From assembly GCF_009914755.1 (NCBI RefSeq), contig NC_060936.1: 64,000 nt of DNA, one strand, 5' to 3'. Below, one piece after another: positions 12,261-25,027 of the stretch. The translations under genes and the position numbers were made by a program. Source of the stretch: the human T2T-CHM13v2.0 reference genome, Homo sapiens. How positions within the stretch are numbered: the stretch's first letter is position 1; each line of letters starts with the position of its first letter. Under the pieces are notes generated by a model. That model was not told the DNA's origin, ran no database searches, and saw only the letters and a program-made list of their open reading frames with translations.

Positions 12261-12271
12261 GAATTATTGAT

Positions 12272-12585
12272 GGGGAGGGAATGAGGAGATGTTGAGATGT
12301 TGGTTAAAGGTTATAAAGTTTTACTCTAGATAAGATAAATAAGTTCTGAAAATGATTTGTACATCATGGTGACTATAGTTAATAGTAATGTACTGTCTAC
12401 TTGAAAATTCCTAAGACAGTAGATCTGAAACGTCCTCATTATAAAAAAGATAAATATATGAAATGATAGATATGTTAATTTGATTTAATTATTTCACAAT
12501 GTACACATATCAAAACATTCATTGTACACCACAAATATATACAGTTTCATATTTTTTAATTATACCTTGAGAAAGCTGGGAGTAA
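12272..12585 (+). mobile_element. L1MA (about MA8-9) 3'UTR fragment
   Basis: AAATAAGTTCTG...CATGGTGACTATAGTTAATA...TACTTGAAAATT...AGTAGATCT...TATACCTTGAGAAAGCTGGG. TSD AAAGAATTATTGAT/AAAGAACTATTGAT. Confidence 0.8.
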
Positions 12586-12859
12586 AAAGAACTATTGATA
12601 CCCAGACTAGGGTCTAGAGCCAATATGAGGTGGTAGGGACTGTAGTTATTTATCACCATATGATAACATAGGGACGGTGTAGGCAGATTTTTCAAAATTT
12701 TAAGAAAATCCAGAAATTGTCATTTTTAATGTGCGATTTTTCAAATATTGGCAATAAATTAACAATCTTTTAAAACACATTATTAGGGCAAATGAAACAT
12801 GTCTGTGGACCAAATTCTGTTTATAGGTCCCAGTCTTTCAGGTAAGATATTGGTGAAAA

Positions 12860-13200
12860 ATTTAGATTTTCATATATGTGCAGTGGGAAATAATTGAATA
12901 GTCTTAGCAGGAGTGATGTGATCTAATTAACATGTCCACAAGAACCTCCTTGCCACAGGGTGGAAAGTGGCTTCTTTGGAGAGCAAGAGTGGAAGACAAT
13001 GAGAAGGTAATTGCCATGGTCCAATTGAGATGATGGGCTTTGGAATATGGAGGTGACAATGAAGGTAGAAGAATTGGAGTTCATTTTAGAGTTAAAAGGA
13101 AAGGATAGAATCAAGGACATCACACAAATTTCAGGCCAAAGCAATTGGATAGGTGCTGGTGCCATCTACTGAGATGGTGAAAAGAGAAAAGTAGTAAGTT
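12860..13200 (-). mobile_element. L2 fragment
   Basis: Degenerate L2 motifs (GAGATGATGGGCTTTGGA, GGTGCCATCTACTGAGATGG). Confidence 0.6.
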
Positions 13201-16200
13201 TCAGATAGGATTTTGGGCAAGTTCTTTCTTGAATCTCTTACTTTGAATGTTTAATTCACTAATTTTTTCTTTTAAAATTGGTAGTATTTCTGTTTTGACC
13301 CCATAAAGATTGTGATTTTTATTTTTTGGTGGCTTGTCCCCCAAGAATCTGTTGCATTTTTTATTTCCTTTTCAACCCAACTTTGTTTAGTGGAATATTT
13401 TTAGATATCTAAGAGGTTCTGGCTTTGTTATTGACTTCTTTTAATTGCACTGTGATTAGAAAATGGAGTTTATTCAAATTCTGCCTTTATAAACTTGTTG
13501 AGATATTCTTTGTTTCCAGTATTAAATTGGTTCTTTTGGGAAAAATATTGATTTATTCACTTTACCAAGGCTTCAATATTTTAGAAGGCCTATCAGAATT
13601 TTGTACTCAGATTGACTTCAAGAAAGAAGAATTATTCTGTTTAGAATAATTTGCCTGTTATTGAAAATATCTAATACAAAATCAATCTTCTGAGGAGGTA
13701 ATGCCATACCATTTTTCACATATATTTTCAGGTTAACACAGTGAAAATTTGCTATAGAGCATTTACTTTAGATCAGACTTGGCCAAAAGGCAATTTCATT
13801 TTGGACTTTGTCCAAGGGAGTTTGACTGCTTCCAAGGGATTTAAGCAACTGAAGGCTAGAGTGTTACAGAGTCTCCAGGACAGTTTCTCCTAACACATTC
13901 CCAGCCCTTGCACAACCTGCTGGTCCAGGGGGTGGTGCTCTCTCCATCACAGATGCTCCCGTCTCAAATGTGTACTTCCTTTGATTCCCTCAGATGCTCT
14001 CATCGCCTCTTTCTTTCACAAACCCTCATTTCTGTGAGTTGAAGAGCTGAATCTTATGCACATACATTTCTTGGTACTTCTCTCTCTAGTTCAATATTGT
14101 GCAGCTGCTCAGCAATGGAGTGATTGTCTTATTACTGCCACTTTTTACTGGCTTTTTCAGCCTCCTTTCTCTTCTTTTTAGTAATTGGTCAAGCAGAGCA
14201 AACTCTTGCCAAACTCCTATTTTTCATTATATTCCCTTGATTTATTTGTTAGTTTATTTTTTCAGTTTTATTTTCTCCTTTGGTTCCTATAAGGTGTTTA
14301 TTTCACAAGCATAGGTAATTTTTAAAGCTCCTTATAATAAAATATTCTACTGTAAATCTGTTTATTTTGTACTATTTTGGACTTCAATGTATACCTTTTT
14401 ATATCATCTTTGTGAATAGTTGAACTTCATTTGCAGTAGAAAGAAAATAATGAGAAGAGTCTAATGCAGTACCTTTATAGACAAAAGTTCACGTAGGAAG
14501 AGATTCTCTCTGATGCAGGTTCTGAAATATCACTGAGGAAAAGGTTATACTAAGGGTGAGGCAAGGTAAAGAATTCAATTCAAATTCTTTCCCAATTGTT
14601 AGCTAGTATTTTTAGTGTACATTGAAAATAAAGTAGTCTACCAGTTACTAAGTAGGCTTGAATACGTTATTTTAGGAAAAAAATTATATGGGATTTAAGT
14701 GCAAGCTCAGGAAGAGAGAGGCCTAGGCTAGCTTTCTCATCTTCTCTGGTCCCCATTTAGTTGCAGTTGCTTCTGAAAGAAGCAATCAGCAGTGGTTTAT
14801 GATGCTCAGACATTTCTATGACGTGCACTCACTGAAAATCATTGATATTTCTGCTTTAACTAGATTTAGCTACTTTGGGTTGAAAGCTCTATGCTGCCTG
14901 AAATCCCATTTTACGAAACCTGCCAGTGAGTAAAACCACTGAGTCCTTCAGGAAAATTCCATTGCAGTTAGAGGAAGCTGTTAATTACAGCTACAATCAG
15001 TGCAAAAACTCTACCTTAAAGGTGCAGGAATTCTGCCTGCTCCAGCTGGTCTTTGTATCCAGCCCATGTGGCTCCATTCAAGTGGCATCATGTGGCTTAG
15101 ACTCTTTTGATGTATTTCCTGGGAACCCATGATTATTGTGTCCCTGCAAAATGCTTTGAGAGCAAGGCCACGGATCTTTCAGGCATCTCTTCTCTTTTCC
15201 ATTTCTGAGATTCCAGACCTCCCCATTCTGCATCCATCCTCCCTACCCCTAGCTTTAGCAAACAGCTAATTCTTAAAAAATAAGTCTAAACGAGCCCCAC
15301 ACTTGATTATTTGTGGAACTGGCCCCTTTGCACAGAAAATGTTACCTTGGGAACTGGGGTAAATTGTAGGCTTATGGATTATAAATATTTTTTTTTTGCC
15401 TTAATGAGAATTTAATTTGTTATGAATGGTTCATCGTAACATATGCCAAGAAGAGCATGCCAGAAATGACAATCTGAAGGAACACACGGGATCTAAGGCT
15501 TCCATACTTTTCCAAGAGTAAAAGAGATCATTGAAACAACACATGTCAGATGCTATTACTGTCATATTGTTGAGGCCATCTGTTAAAAACCAAGATCAGG
15601 ACCTGCTGCATTCATTGAATTTGGAGTTCTAGAAAGGACAATGTCACATAAAATTAAGTTGATTCTGTTAAGAGGAGTATATCTGAGGGATTTATTTTTT
15701 TCCTGAATGATTTGCCCATGTTGTTTGTGTAGATGTCCATATAAACACAGCAGCTTTTAAAAAAGAGCACTCAAATTTGCATCACTATGCTAATTATTCA
15801 GTTTTTGAAACACTAAATAGCAATAATAGTTTGTATATTTAGGTAGATATTTGGATGTATGCATGTAAAGATGCAGAATGTGGATATATACCTGACAAAG
15901 TTGGCACTTAGAATGCTTAAGGGCTTTCAGAACAAACCAAGAATGACTGTAAAAGAATATCTGATAGTTTATAGAAAAAAATGTGTTATTTCCTTTGATA
16001 TTCTGATGAAGCCAGAAAGGAGAATTTAAGAGTGGTTTTTAATGAGAGGTTTGCTCACTTTTCAGCCATTCTTGCTTTTATATTGAAATATCAAGCTGCT
16101 TTTATTAAACAATAATTACATGGGCTTCCCAGTCTCCTAGAATGTTTCTTTGGGCAGTATTTCAAGTGTCCCTGCTAACATCCCATTTGTCTGTGTTCTG

Positions 16201-16744
16201 TGCTTTTTTACATTCTCTCCCAATACACTGTCTCCTCACACAAATAACAAAAGAGTATAGCTTCTTTTTCTAATTCTGTTTCTTAACTCTGATCAGTCTC
16301 TGTGGCTGGCATTCTTTAGTAAAAGCTTATTTACTGGATGCATTGGTTCTTAACCAGTGGCTGAATGCATTAGGCAAGTCATGGACAATCTTTCGATTTT
16401 AGTTTCCTCATCTATAAAACATTTGGAGTAAATGTAATGGTCACTAATATTATTTCCACCTCTATAAGTCTAGGATTCTAGGAAAAGCAAAGTCTTGCCT
16501 ATGTCTATAAAGCAATATGAGATGCTATATTCATTTATCCCACCAGATAATATAAAGTTAATTATATATATAGCAAAATTGGCAAGAAAATCTAAGACTT
16601 AGAATAATCATGCTTGATACAAATCTTAACCATTGAAGATAAAGACATACTTTCTGAATATTTCTCTAATTTTTCAATAGATGTCTATATTTCCACTGAG
16701 AGTTTCTTCATCTTATTCCTTGTTTCACCACAAATTCATCTCTA

Positions 16745-16825
16745 TCCTTCCTTCCTACCTTCCTTCCTTCCTTCCTTCCTTCCTTTCTTCCTTCCTTCCT
16801 TCCTTCTTTCCTTCCATCCATCCAT
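16745..16825. repeat. (TTCC)n/(TCCA)n microsatellite
   Basis: Direct reading. Confidence 0.95.
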
Positions 16826-17483
16826 GCTTGCATTTATGAAGTTTCTTTCTAAGGTCATTAATGACTTTGATGGATGCAGCTGGTTTTTCACTTATTTTCT
16901 GTGTGTAAATGTCAAGGCTGTTCCCATGTTATCATAAGCCTAGGGAATTGTTTACAGTTTTCTCATGCATAACAAATGGATGGGAGGGGAAAGGAGGTGG
17001 AGTGAGAACCAAATTGAAATGGATGCAGACCCAGATGGTTAGAACTATAGGGCAACACCAAAGCAGTAGGGGTGGCTATGGGTGGAGACAGGAGGCTCAC
17101 TTTAAGGGTTTGGGGTGGGATTTTATAGCTGAAATCCTGTAATTTATCACTCTCTTTCCTGGAACTTCCAAAATCGGGAGAACAGACACTGAGAACTAAT
17201 TTTAAGCAGAAAATAACATCTGAGTAGTTGCCTGATGGGCCTGTCTAATAAATGCTGGAGCATAAGACTTATGCCTGGAAGCCCAAGAGCCAATTCCCAT
17301 TCCTTCTCACCTAATAGTTGACCTTCACGGCAGACCCAGTCTGACTCACTCAGCCATAACCTACAAATTAGGATTTCTAATTTAACTGCAGTGATCCTGT
17401 TCACTTGTGAAATGGATCCAGCATCTGCCTCGGTCTCTGACTAGTGTCCTGTAGCATACATTCCCTAGTTGAATTCTGGGGAA

Positions 17484-17486
17484 TGT

Positions 17487-17537
<51 letters not shown>
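17484..17537. repeat. (TG)n microsatellite
   Basis: Direct reading, one interruption. Confidence 0.97.
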
Positions 17538-17538
<1 letters not shown>

Positions 17539-19249
17539 TGGGGGGAAGAATGGAAATGAGCTAGTCAGGGAGTGGACAGTGGTGGAAACATAGACAGGAG
17601 ACATCCCTGTAGGAAGAGCAGAAATACAAAGAGAGGGACAGAAATGCTCCCTGACCCCAGCACTTCTTACATAAAGAGTAAACATACTAAATATGGTCAG
17701 TTGTTCACCTTCTTTGCTCTGCGTACAATTCTTGGGGAACTCTTGCTTACCATTCCAGACTGTTTTAAAAATTTAGCTTAATGAGATGGTACTTATTTAC
17801 ATTTGGGGATCAAAATACTTTATGCTTTGTACTTCCAATAAGGAGGGATTTGCTTATCAGGTTGATTGGAATTTCCTCTGAACTTATTTAAGTAAGCTAC
17901 TGATTCATTATGACTCTTCATAGATTGAGGGAGCGTCCCTAACCCCCTGGGAAACTTTTAACTGGATTTTAATCTACATTTGATTAAATTAAACAAAAAT
18001 TATTGTCTACCATATGAAAATCTCTATAGGGTAAGCAGAATTAAGTTTCTTGTTCTTGGGAATCTTACAGTTTGGTTAAAAATGTTAATACTGTACATAT
18101 GGATTCTAAGAACACATGTCAACATTTCTAAAATTGGGATTCTTCTTACAACTGGTGGCATGACATAGTTTAATTGACAGCATTTAAAACTTCTTAATAG
18201 TATATAAAATTATGTGTCTTAAAACTAATGTCTTCAGATTCAAAGAGACATGGTTGCACCAGCAATTTGGGCAATTCTACCTGCTTGCCATTTTCCTTGA
18301 TAAGCATATGCTGTCAGTGATTGTGGGTTAGGAAATACAGATCTGTAGTTCTATAGCTCAGTGCCAGTTTACACATGTCTCTCATTGTGTATCTCACCAG
18401 CTGAAAGTGATTTCTAGCATATAAAGATATATCATCGTCTTAGAACACGCTCTCTAAATGCAAACCAATTACCTCACTTGGCATTTAGTAAATGAAACAG
18501 AAATCTCTTCCAATACTCGAACACTGGGTATTCTAGAATTGCTAAAAGATAACATAATGGACTTCAACTTTGTACCTTTCTGAGAGATTTTGAAAAGTAA
18601 ATCTGACTGTATACATTTCCCCCCCATAAATCATAACTAAAAGACAATGTAAGATATGTTTTCACTTTACAGAACTAGTCAGGATATGGCATTTTTGACA
18701 TTGGTAGGAAGACTGTATGATGTCTAAGTCATTTCCATGCATTTGTACACTTGGAAAACATATCAAATGCCTATTATGTTAATGCCTACCCAGTCTGGGA
18801 TAGTATAACTGGAGGGGTCAAGAGATGTCATTATGATTTTTGCCTTCAAGGACTTTGTAATATAATACAGCAAAGTATATACAAATACTTAAATGAGCAA
18901 ATATTTGTAATTGTTAATGCTATTAAATGAGTTAATATTTTAAAATGCATTTAGAACAATATCTGAAACACTGTAAGTGCTACATGAAAGTGTTTGCTAA
19001 CAAAAAGAAAGATACAAAGGAAGGACAAATTGTAGTATAGTACAGTATGTGGTAAGGAATGCCACATGGTGCCAAAAATGCTATGAAAATTCAAATAGAG
19101 TGACATGTTCCGGCTAAGGGAATTTTTGAGCCAAGTCTGTTAAGAACAGTAGGATTCCAGTGGAGAGACAGAAGAGAAGGCATTCCTGACCCAAAGAGCA
19201 TCAGAAGAAAAGTCCATATAAACTTGCTTACCTTATCACATTAGAGCCT

Positions 19250-20330
19250 GTTTGTTTGCTGCAGGAGAAAGCAAAGGGCAAGATAAAACCTGAAGACACA
19301 GAAGAAAGATGGGATCAATAATAGAACATGGCTTGGTGAAGAGGTGAGAGGTGATATAATCCAGAGCATGGGCCTAGGGATTAATCTTAGACCACAGAAG
19401 TGTCATCTATTCCTCTGGGACAGAAAGAAAGGAAGGAGGAGTAAGTACAGATGCAAATGAATGAATTTTGGGGGTCAGGAATTTGGAACTAGCAGGAATT
19501 TGTGTCTGATGGCTTCTATTTTCTCTTTGAAATAAAGAGGAGATAAGGTTTTTCTGGTGACATGGCATGGGATAGCATGTGCAGTGGCGGCAGTGGGTGG
19601 GTAAGAATTGATTAGAGTGATGAAGGCTTGGAACAACTGCTCAGGGAATGGGAGAGAAAATTGAGCAAAGACAATATGAAAAAAATATTGCTCAGCAATA
19701 CTGGAAGTGCATTTGATCTTAGAAACTATACCTAGTAGCAATCTGGGCCGTTGTGTGATTCCTCCAGCACCATTTACCAGCCGAGGTGTAGGAGAACAGG
19801 AGGAGTAGGACTGCAGGATCTCTACAAGGTTGAGTTGTCTTGGAAGCTGCAGCTCAATGGAGAAAAAAGTGAAGTCAAGGAGGTATCCAAAGGAAAGGAA
19901 ATTGAGGGTTCAGGATTTGGAGGACTTGAAAAAGTTTATCACTAAATTTGGTGGAAATGATGGAGAAGGTTATTTGAGGGACAAGGAAATCCAAGAGGTT
20001 GTGTTTACAGAATAAAGTACTAGCATCTTGGGTGCTTAGGCTGAGTAAGTCCCAGCAGTGGAAAAGTGGCTGTTGGATAGTCATCCACATAGATATCAAA
20101 TTAAATCATCTTCTAAGTCCTCAATGTTATCTTGAGAAGTGATGTGAAGATCAAAAGATGATAATAACGAGGAAGACTGGAAAGAGTTATAGGAGAATCT
20201 AATGTACCTTGAAGAACTGAGGGCACATTTTAAAAAATTGCGAGTGGAAAGGGAAAAGAAGATCTGGGAGAATGGTGAGTGATATCCAAATATTTTAGCA
20301 TTAAAGTATATAGGCTGTTTGACAATGGGC
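19250..20330 (-). mobile_element. Degenerate L2 internal fragment
   Basis: Purine-rich tract with TGATGGCTTCTATTTTCTC and related L2 motifs. Confidence 0.55.
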
Positions 20331-20394
20331 ATTTGAGAGGTATATTAAAAACCTAATATTTTTAGAGGAAAGATGTGACTTGAAGATTAGTTAG

Positions 20395-20565
20395 GTAGCA
20401 GTTTAGCATTCTAGATTAGAGTATGAACTCCAGCATTACACAAATCTAAATAAAATCCAGGCTATAGAGCTGTGTGATCCTCAGCAGCATAACTTTGCTG
20501 CGCCTCGGTTCTCTCATCTGTAAAATGGAAATGATGAAATATCTGGCTACTTATAGGGATTAAAT
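20395..20565 (+). mobile_element. MIR
   Basis: AGCTGTGTGATCCT...GCCTCGGTTCTCTCATCTGTAAAATGG...GGATTAAATG. Confidence 0.7.
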
Positions 20566-20574
20566 GCTTCACAG

Positions 20575-21840
20575 ACCTCCCATCCTGAGTTCTGTTCTTC
20601 TCACATCTCTCATTCTTTACTGGTTCTTTCTCCTCTCCGGGCTTTTATTATTGAAGCATTGTAGGGCTCAGACTTTGATCTGCTTCATTTTCTTCCCTCC
20701 CTTCTCTTCTCTTCTTCTTTTCTCTCCTCCCCTCCCTTCTTCTACCTTCTCTTATCAGTCAGCTTCTTGGTTTCAAATACTATCCATATGCTAATTCCTA
20801 AATATGTATCTCTAATATAGACCTTTCTTCCAAACTTCAGACCCATATATCCACCTGCCTATTAGACCTCTCCATTTGGATGGCTATTAGATATCTCCAA
20901 ATCAATATGTGCAAAAATTGAAATCTTGATCCTCCTTTTCAAACCTCCTTTACCCATTGCCTTCCCTATCTCACCGATGGCAACTCTATCTAGTTTCCAA
21001 GGTCAAAACACTTGAAGTCATCTGTACTGTCCTCTTTCTTTCAGACACTACATCCACGTGGCTCTAGCTTGAAAGAATATCCTAAAACCAGCCACTTCTC
21101 ACCACTTTTGTTGCTGCCATCCTGATCTGAGTTTGTTACCTACATTGTTTCCAGCATTGCCCTCTCCAGTTTTTTTCTTCTCAGCAAGCTTGAGCCTGCC
21201 AGAGAGATCTTTAAAGACGTAGGTCAGATTGTATCACTCTTTTAACACTATACATTGGATTCCATTTCTCTCAGAAAAGTAAAGTCCTTTACAAAGGCCT
21301 ACAAGGTTGTACATAATCCATACTCTCCTTACTTCTCCGGCCTCATTACTTTTTGCTCTCTTCCTATCTCATGCTGCCACAATCTGTGCAGACTTCTTTG
21401 GCTTCCTTGAACAAATCATTTATGCTCTTGCACTAACAATTTTCTCAGTGTAAAATGCTCTTCCTTCATGTATTTTCTTATTTAGTTTCCTCATCTTCAA
21501 ATATTTGTTCAAATCATACCTTCTTAATGAAGCCCATGCTGATGACCCCATTTAACAATGCACCACTTAACTGCCACTCCTCTCCACCTTCCCACCCATT
21601 GCACTCCAAATCTCTTAACTCTGCTTTACTTTTTATTATCACTTCCTTACATACTGTATAATTTACTTACTTATTCCATTTATTCTTTATTGCTCCTCTC
21701 CCATGCAATGAGAAGTCTATGTGAACTGGGATCTGCATCTGCTTTCCTTTCTGATAGACACTAAGAACCTAGTATGGTGCTTGGCAAGTGGTGAACACTC
21801 AGTAAATATTTGTTGAGTAAATAAAACAATGAATAGATGA
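20575..21840 (+). mobile_element. L2 (L2a-like) 3' portion
   Basis: CAGACCCATATATCCACCTGCCTATTAGACCTCTCCATTTGGATG ... terminal CACTCAGTAAATATTTGTTGAGTAAAT. Confidence 0.8.
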
Positions 21841-22763
21841 TGGATGACTAAAGATAATTTTTATATGCTGGATATTATGCTAAGTACTCCATTAGTGCTA
21901 CCTGCCATTATTGGTGTTGCTTTTTATTTGGCAGAGAGAAATGAATACATCTTAGGAGGATTTGGGAAAAAGGAAGAATAGGAAGGAAAACATTTTAGGT
22001 TGACATAGACTGTGGCAAGTGGATTGTGACCCAAAAATAAACCCTAGTATGCTATTGTTTTCTCTGTAAAAGCCCTCTGGAAGAAGGTGTCTTAGGGAGA
22101 GCATAGTTAGGTAATAATTTACCCAGAGATAATTACTACTAACAAAGATGAGTCTTTTCCCACCGTGACTCACTCAATGGAGACTACTTTTAAGTAATTA
22201 TGTTGATTAAGTTTTATTAATCTTTTGGCACTGAACAAAATGATGCACTTTATTGGAGGACACTATTCACCACTGAGGTTTTAAAGCTCTTGGGGGAGCA
22301 TTTGAATGAGTATAGAATTTGATGGCAGGGTTGATTTAGGAGTGGTTGTTCACGTTTTACTTACTTTTTCTCCTTTTATATCTTGAATGTTTGGGCAATT
22401 AGTGTGTTTAAGAGAGAACTGCAAAATTTTCTGATTACTTGGAGCATGTTTTTATGCCTTTTGAATTTTGATGCTTCATGTTCTTGTACTGCCCATTGCC
22501 TTAAATATGGCTTGAAATGGCTTAATTGCTATGTTAGGACTGGGAGTTTTATGGTAGACCCAGGGATATAGGTAGATATTTTTAAGTTAAATTAACCTTT
22601 TATATTACTGACATAATTCATACTTATTATAGACAATGATAAAATGCAGAAAAGATACAAAGAAAAATTAACTGTTATCTCTAGAGATAACCACTTGGCC
22701 TATTGGTGTGTTGTGCATGTTTTATTTTTAGTTATTTCAAAGATTGGATTTATTTCCCTTGGA

Positions 22764-23077
22764 TTTTTTTTTTTTTAAGGGACAGTCTTACTCTGTCCCC
22801 AGGCTGAATCTGTCCCTAGGCTGGAGTACAGTGGCACAATCATAGCTCACTGCAACCTCTAACTTCTGGGCTGCAGCAATTCTCCTGTCCAGCCTCCTGA
22901 GTAGCTGGAACTAGAGGCGTGCACCACCATGCCTGGTTAATTTTTATTTTATTTTTTTGCAGAGACAGGGTCTTACTATGTTGCACAGGCTGGTGTCAAA
23001 CTCCTGGGCTCAAGTGATCCTCCCTCTTCAGCCTCCCAAAGAGCTGAGATTACAGATGAAAGCCACTGTGCCAGGCC
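22764..23077 (-). mobile_element. AluJ with a short internal tandem duplication
   Basis: Antisense Alu with CATAGCTCACTGCA and CTCCTGGGCTCAAGTGATCCTCC. TCTGTCCC..AGGCTG occurs twice at 22792-22824. Confidence 0.9.
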
Positions 23078-23113
23078 GAATTTATTAGTCATCAAACCAC
23101 CTCCGAGTCTAGG

Positions 23114-23293
23114 CAGTGATTCCCAACCCTTTCTTGCATTATGGACCCCTCTGAGAGTGTAATAAAAGCTGTAGATTCACTTCCTTCAAATCCCTATATG
23201 GTTATGCACATAAATTTTGCATTTATTATCAGGGGTTTTATGGACAACCTGCATCCTGTAATAGCCTATGGGTTCTAGTTAAAATCCTTCATG
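23114..23293. mobile_element. Old hAT-Charlie MITE
   Basis: CAGTGATTCCCAACC...GGACCCCTCTGAGA...AAATTTTGCAT...CAGGGGTTTTATGGAC. Preceded by the hAT-type target GTCTAGG. Confidence 0.6.
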
Positions 23294-23516
23294 TAAGGTA
23301 CAAGCCTCTTTTTAAAAATTTTAAAATCTGATAAATTCTGAAAAATCAAAATGCTTTTCTATATTCCAATGTTTACACTTGTTCAAAGGTAACTATAGTG
23401 GATATCTGCTGCTTTTATCTGCCTAGTACCCATTTTATCCTTTTCTTCTGGTAACAGTGCCCAAGCACCCTTTTACAAGGGTGTGCACGTGACCCAGGTT
23501 GCATCAAGAAGAATAT

Positions 23517-24014
23517 TGTTGGAGGCCGAAAGACTGAGGGTTGTGATCAACTCAGTATACCACTGGGGGCTATATAAGTAAACAGCAAACTGTTCTCGTA
23601 AACGCAGAATGTTGGCAAACTGACAAACTGGGTATGCCACCCAGAAGGAATGCTGAGGGCAGTCACGACCCAGGCACAAGTGTTTCTTGTGATTAGGCAC
23701 ATATGAAGCCTATTAGTAATCATATGAACCTATGATCAATTAAGCAGCTGACCAATAGTTACCTCCTCCTCCTTGATCTTGCTACCCAATAAATACAAAG
23801 GGCTGTAGAAGCTCAGGGGCTGCCTTTGCTCACTAGAAGCAGAGAGCTCTCTTCTTCTTCCCCTGGACCCTTTCCTTAAAACAGTTTCTTTTGTCTTTTG
23901 TTATCATTTCTGTGTTCATCCCTTCATTCAGTCTTGCAAATGACAGTCTCAGGCAGTAACAGTAGTAACTGCTGTAATGATGGTCTCAACTAGCAGCAGT
24001 GGCGGTTGGCCACA
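23517..24014 (+). mobile_element. HERV-K-class solo LTR (probably LTR3/HML-6)
   Basis: TG...CA ends. Perfect 6-bp TSD GAATAT at 23511-23516 and 24015-24020 (6 bp is typical of class II ERVs). Internal CCAAT and AATAAA. Family name is from memory. Confidence 0.8.
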
Positions 24015-24044
24015 GAATATCTGATCTTAGAATAGCTAAAGCAT

Positions 24045-24210
24045 GAGTTAAAATAAAAAAGACTAACATACTGCCAAATATGTAAGAATCTATGCATCTG
24101 AATGAGTAATTTCTTTTCCACTGTAATCACTTTGGGAAATTTCATTTTAATTATGGCTATGTCATGGTTCAAAATGTTTTTGAATTTCTCTTCTGGAATT
24201 GCCTTTAAAG
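24045..24210. mobile_element. MARNA-like mariner fossil
   Basis: GTAATCACTTTGGGA...TCAAAATGTTTTTGAATTTCTCTTCTGGAATTGCCTT. Confidence 0.6.
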
Positions 24211-24244
24211 GAAATTTGTAGCTATAAAAGAAAGTCACATTATC

Positions 24245-24722
24245 AAAACCTTTGGTTGAAAGACTTCAGCAAAAAAGAAATTTATTGGCCCATGTAACTG
24301 GAAAGCATAGTTAGGAGCTCTGTTTTCAAACACAAGTGGATGGAGAAACTCAAACAGTACAATCAGGATCTAGCTTCTCTCTTCTTGTCTCTGGGACCTG
24401 CTTCCTATCTGTTGTCTCCATACGCAGACAGGTCTTCCTGTGTGGAAGCAAAAGCGACTATAGCATCCTTTCAGGCTGAAATCCCTTAGAAGCAGAGAGC
24501 ATCATTTCTTTAGCTCCCAGAAAAGTCCCAAGACTTAGACTGCATGCAAACAGTTCTCTGAGGCTAACGGAGTGCAATGTGATGTTTGGTGTAGTCTAGG
24601 GGCATGTGCTTTCCCACGGAGTCTTGGTTCCATCCAAAATGCATGTACTAAGAATGGGAGAGGAGCTTAAGAGTCAAAACAGGTGACTATTGCTGGAAGA
24701 AAGGTACTAAAAATACTCTACA
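24245..24722 (-). mobile_element. Old MLT1 (J/K-like) LTR
   Basis: AAAAAAGAAATTTATTGGCCCATGTAACTGGAAAG...CTCAAACA motifs. Confidence 0.6.
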
Positions 24723-25027
24723 GTTAATGATTCTTTTAAAGTCACAACTTACATGTATTATCAGTTTCCAAACCTCAGAACTTCTTTAGCACACTCCTCT
24801 CCTCTACCATGGAAACTCACCATCTTAGCCTCCCCAAGGCTTCCTTGAAGTTTATGTGTATGTATGGCTTTGAGATTTATTAACCTCTCCATTTCCCCTG
24901 TGAGAAGGAGATTAAGTTTTGATAGTAGGAGCCCTCAGCATGCACTTGGAGTAATTTCTTATTCTGAGGTGCTTGATACTTTATTGAAAATTAGAAATTA
25001 TTTTAAATTGTGAATGGGTTGGCAAGC

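Noticed and set aside
13731-13893. TTTTCAG acceptor-like site followed by ~53 open codons
   Set aside because: No recognisable protein similarity or partner exons; expected by chance.
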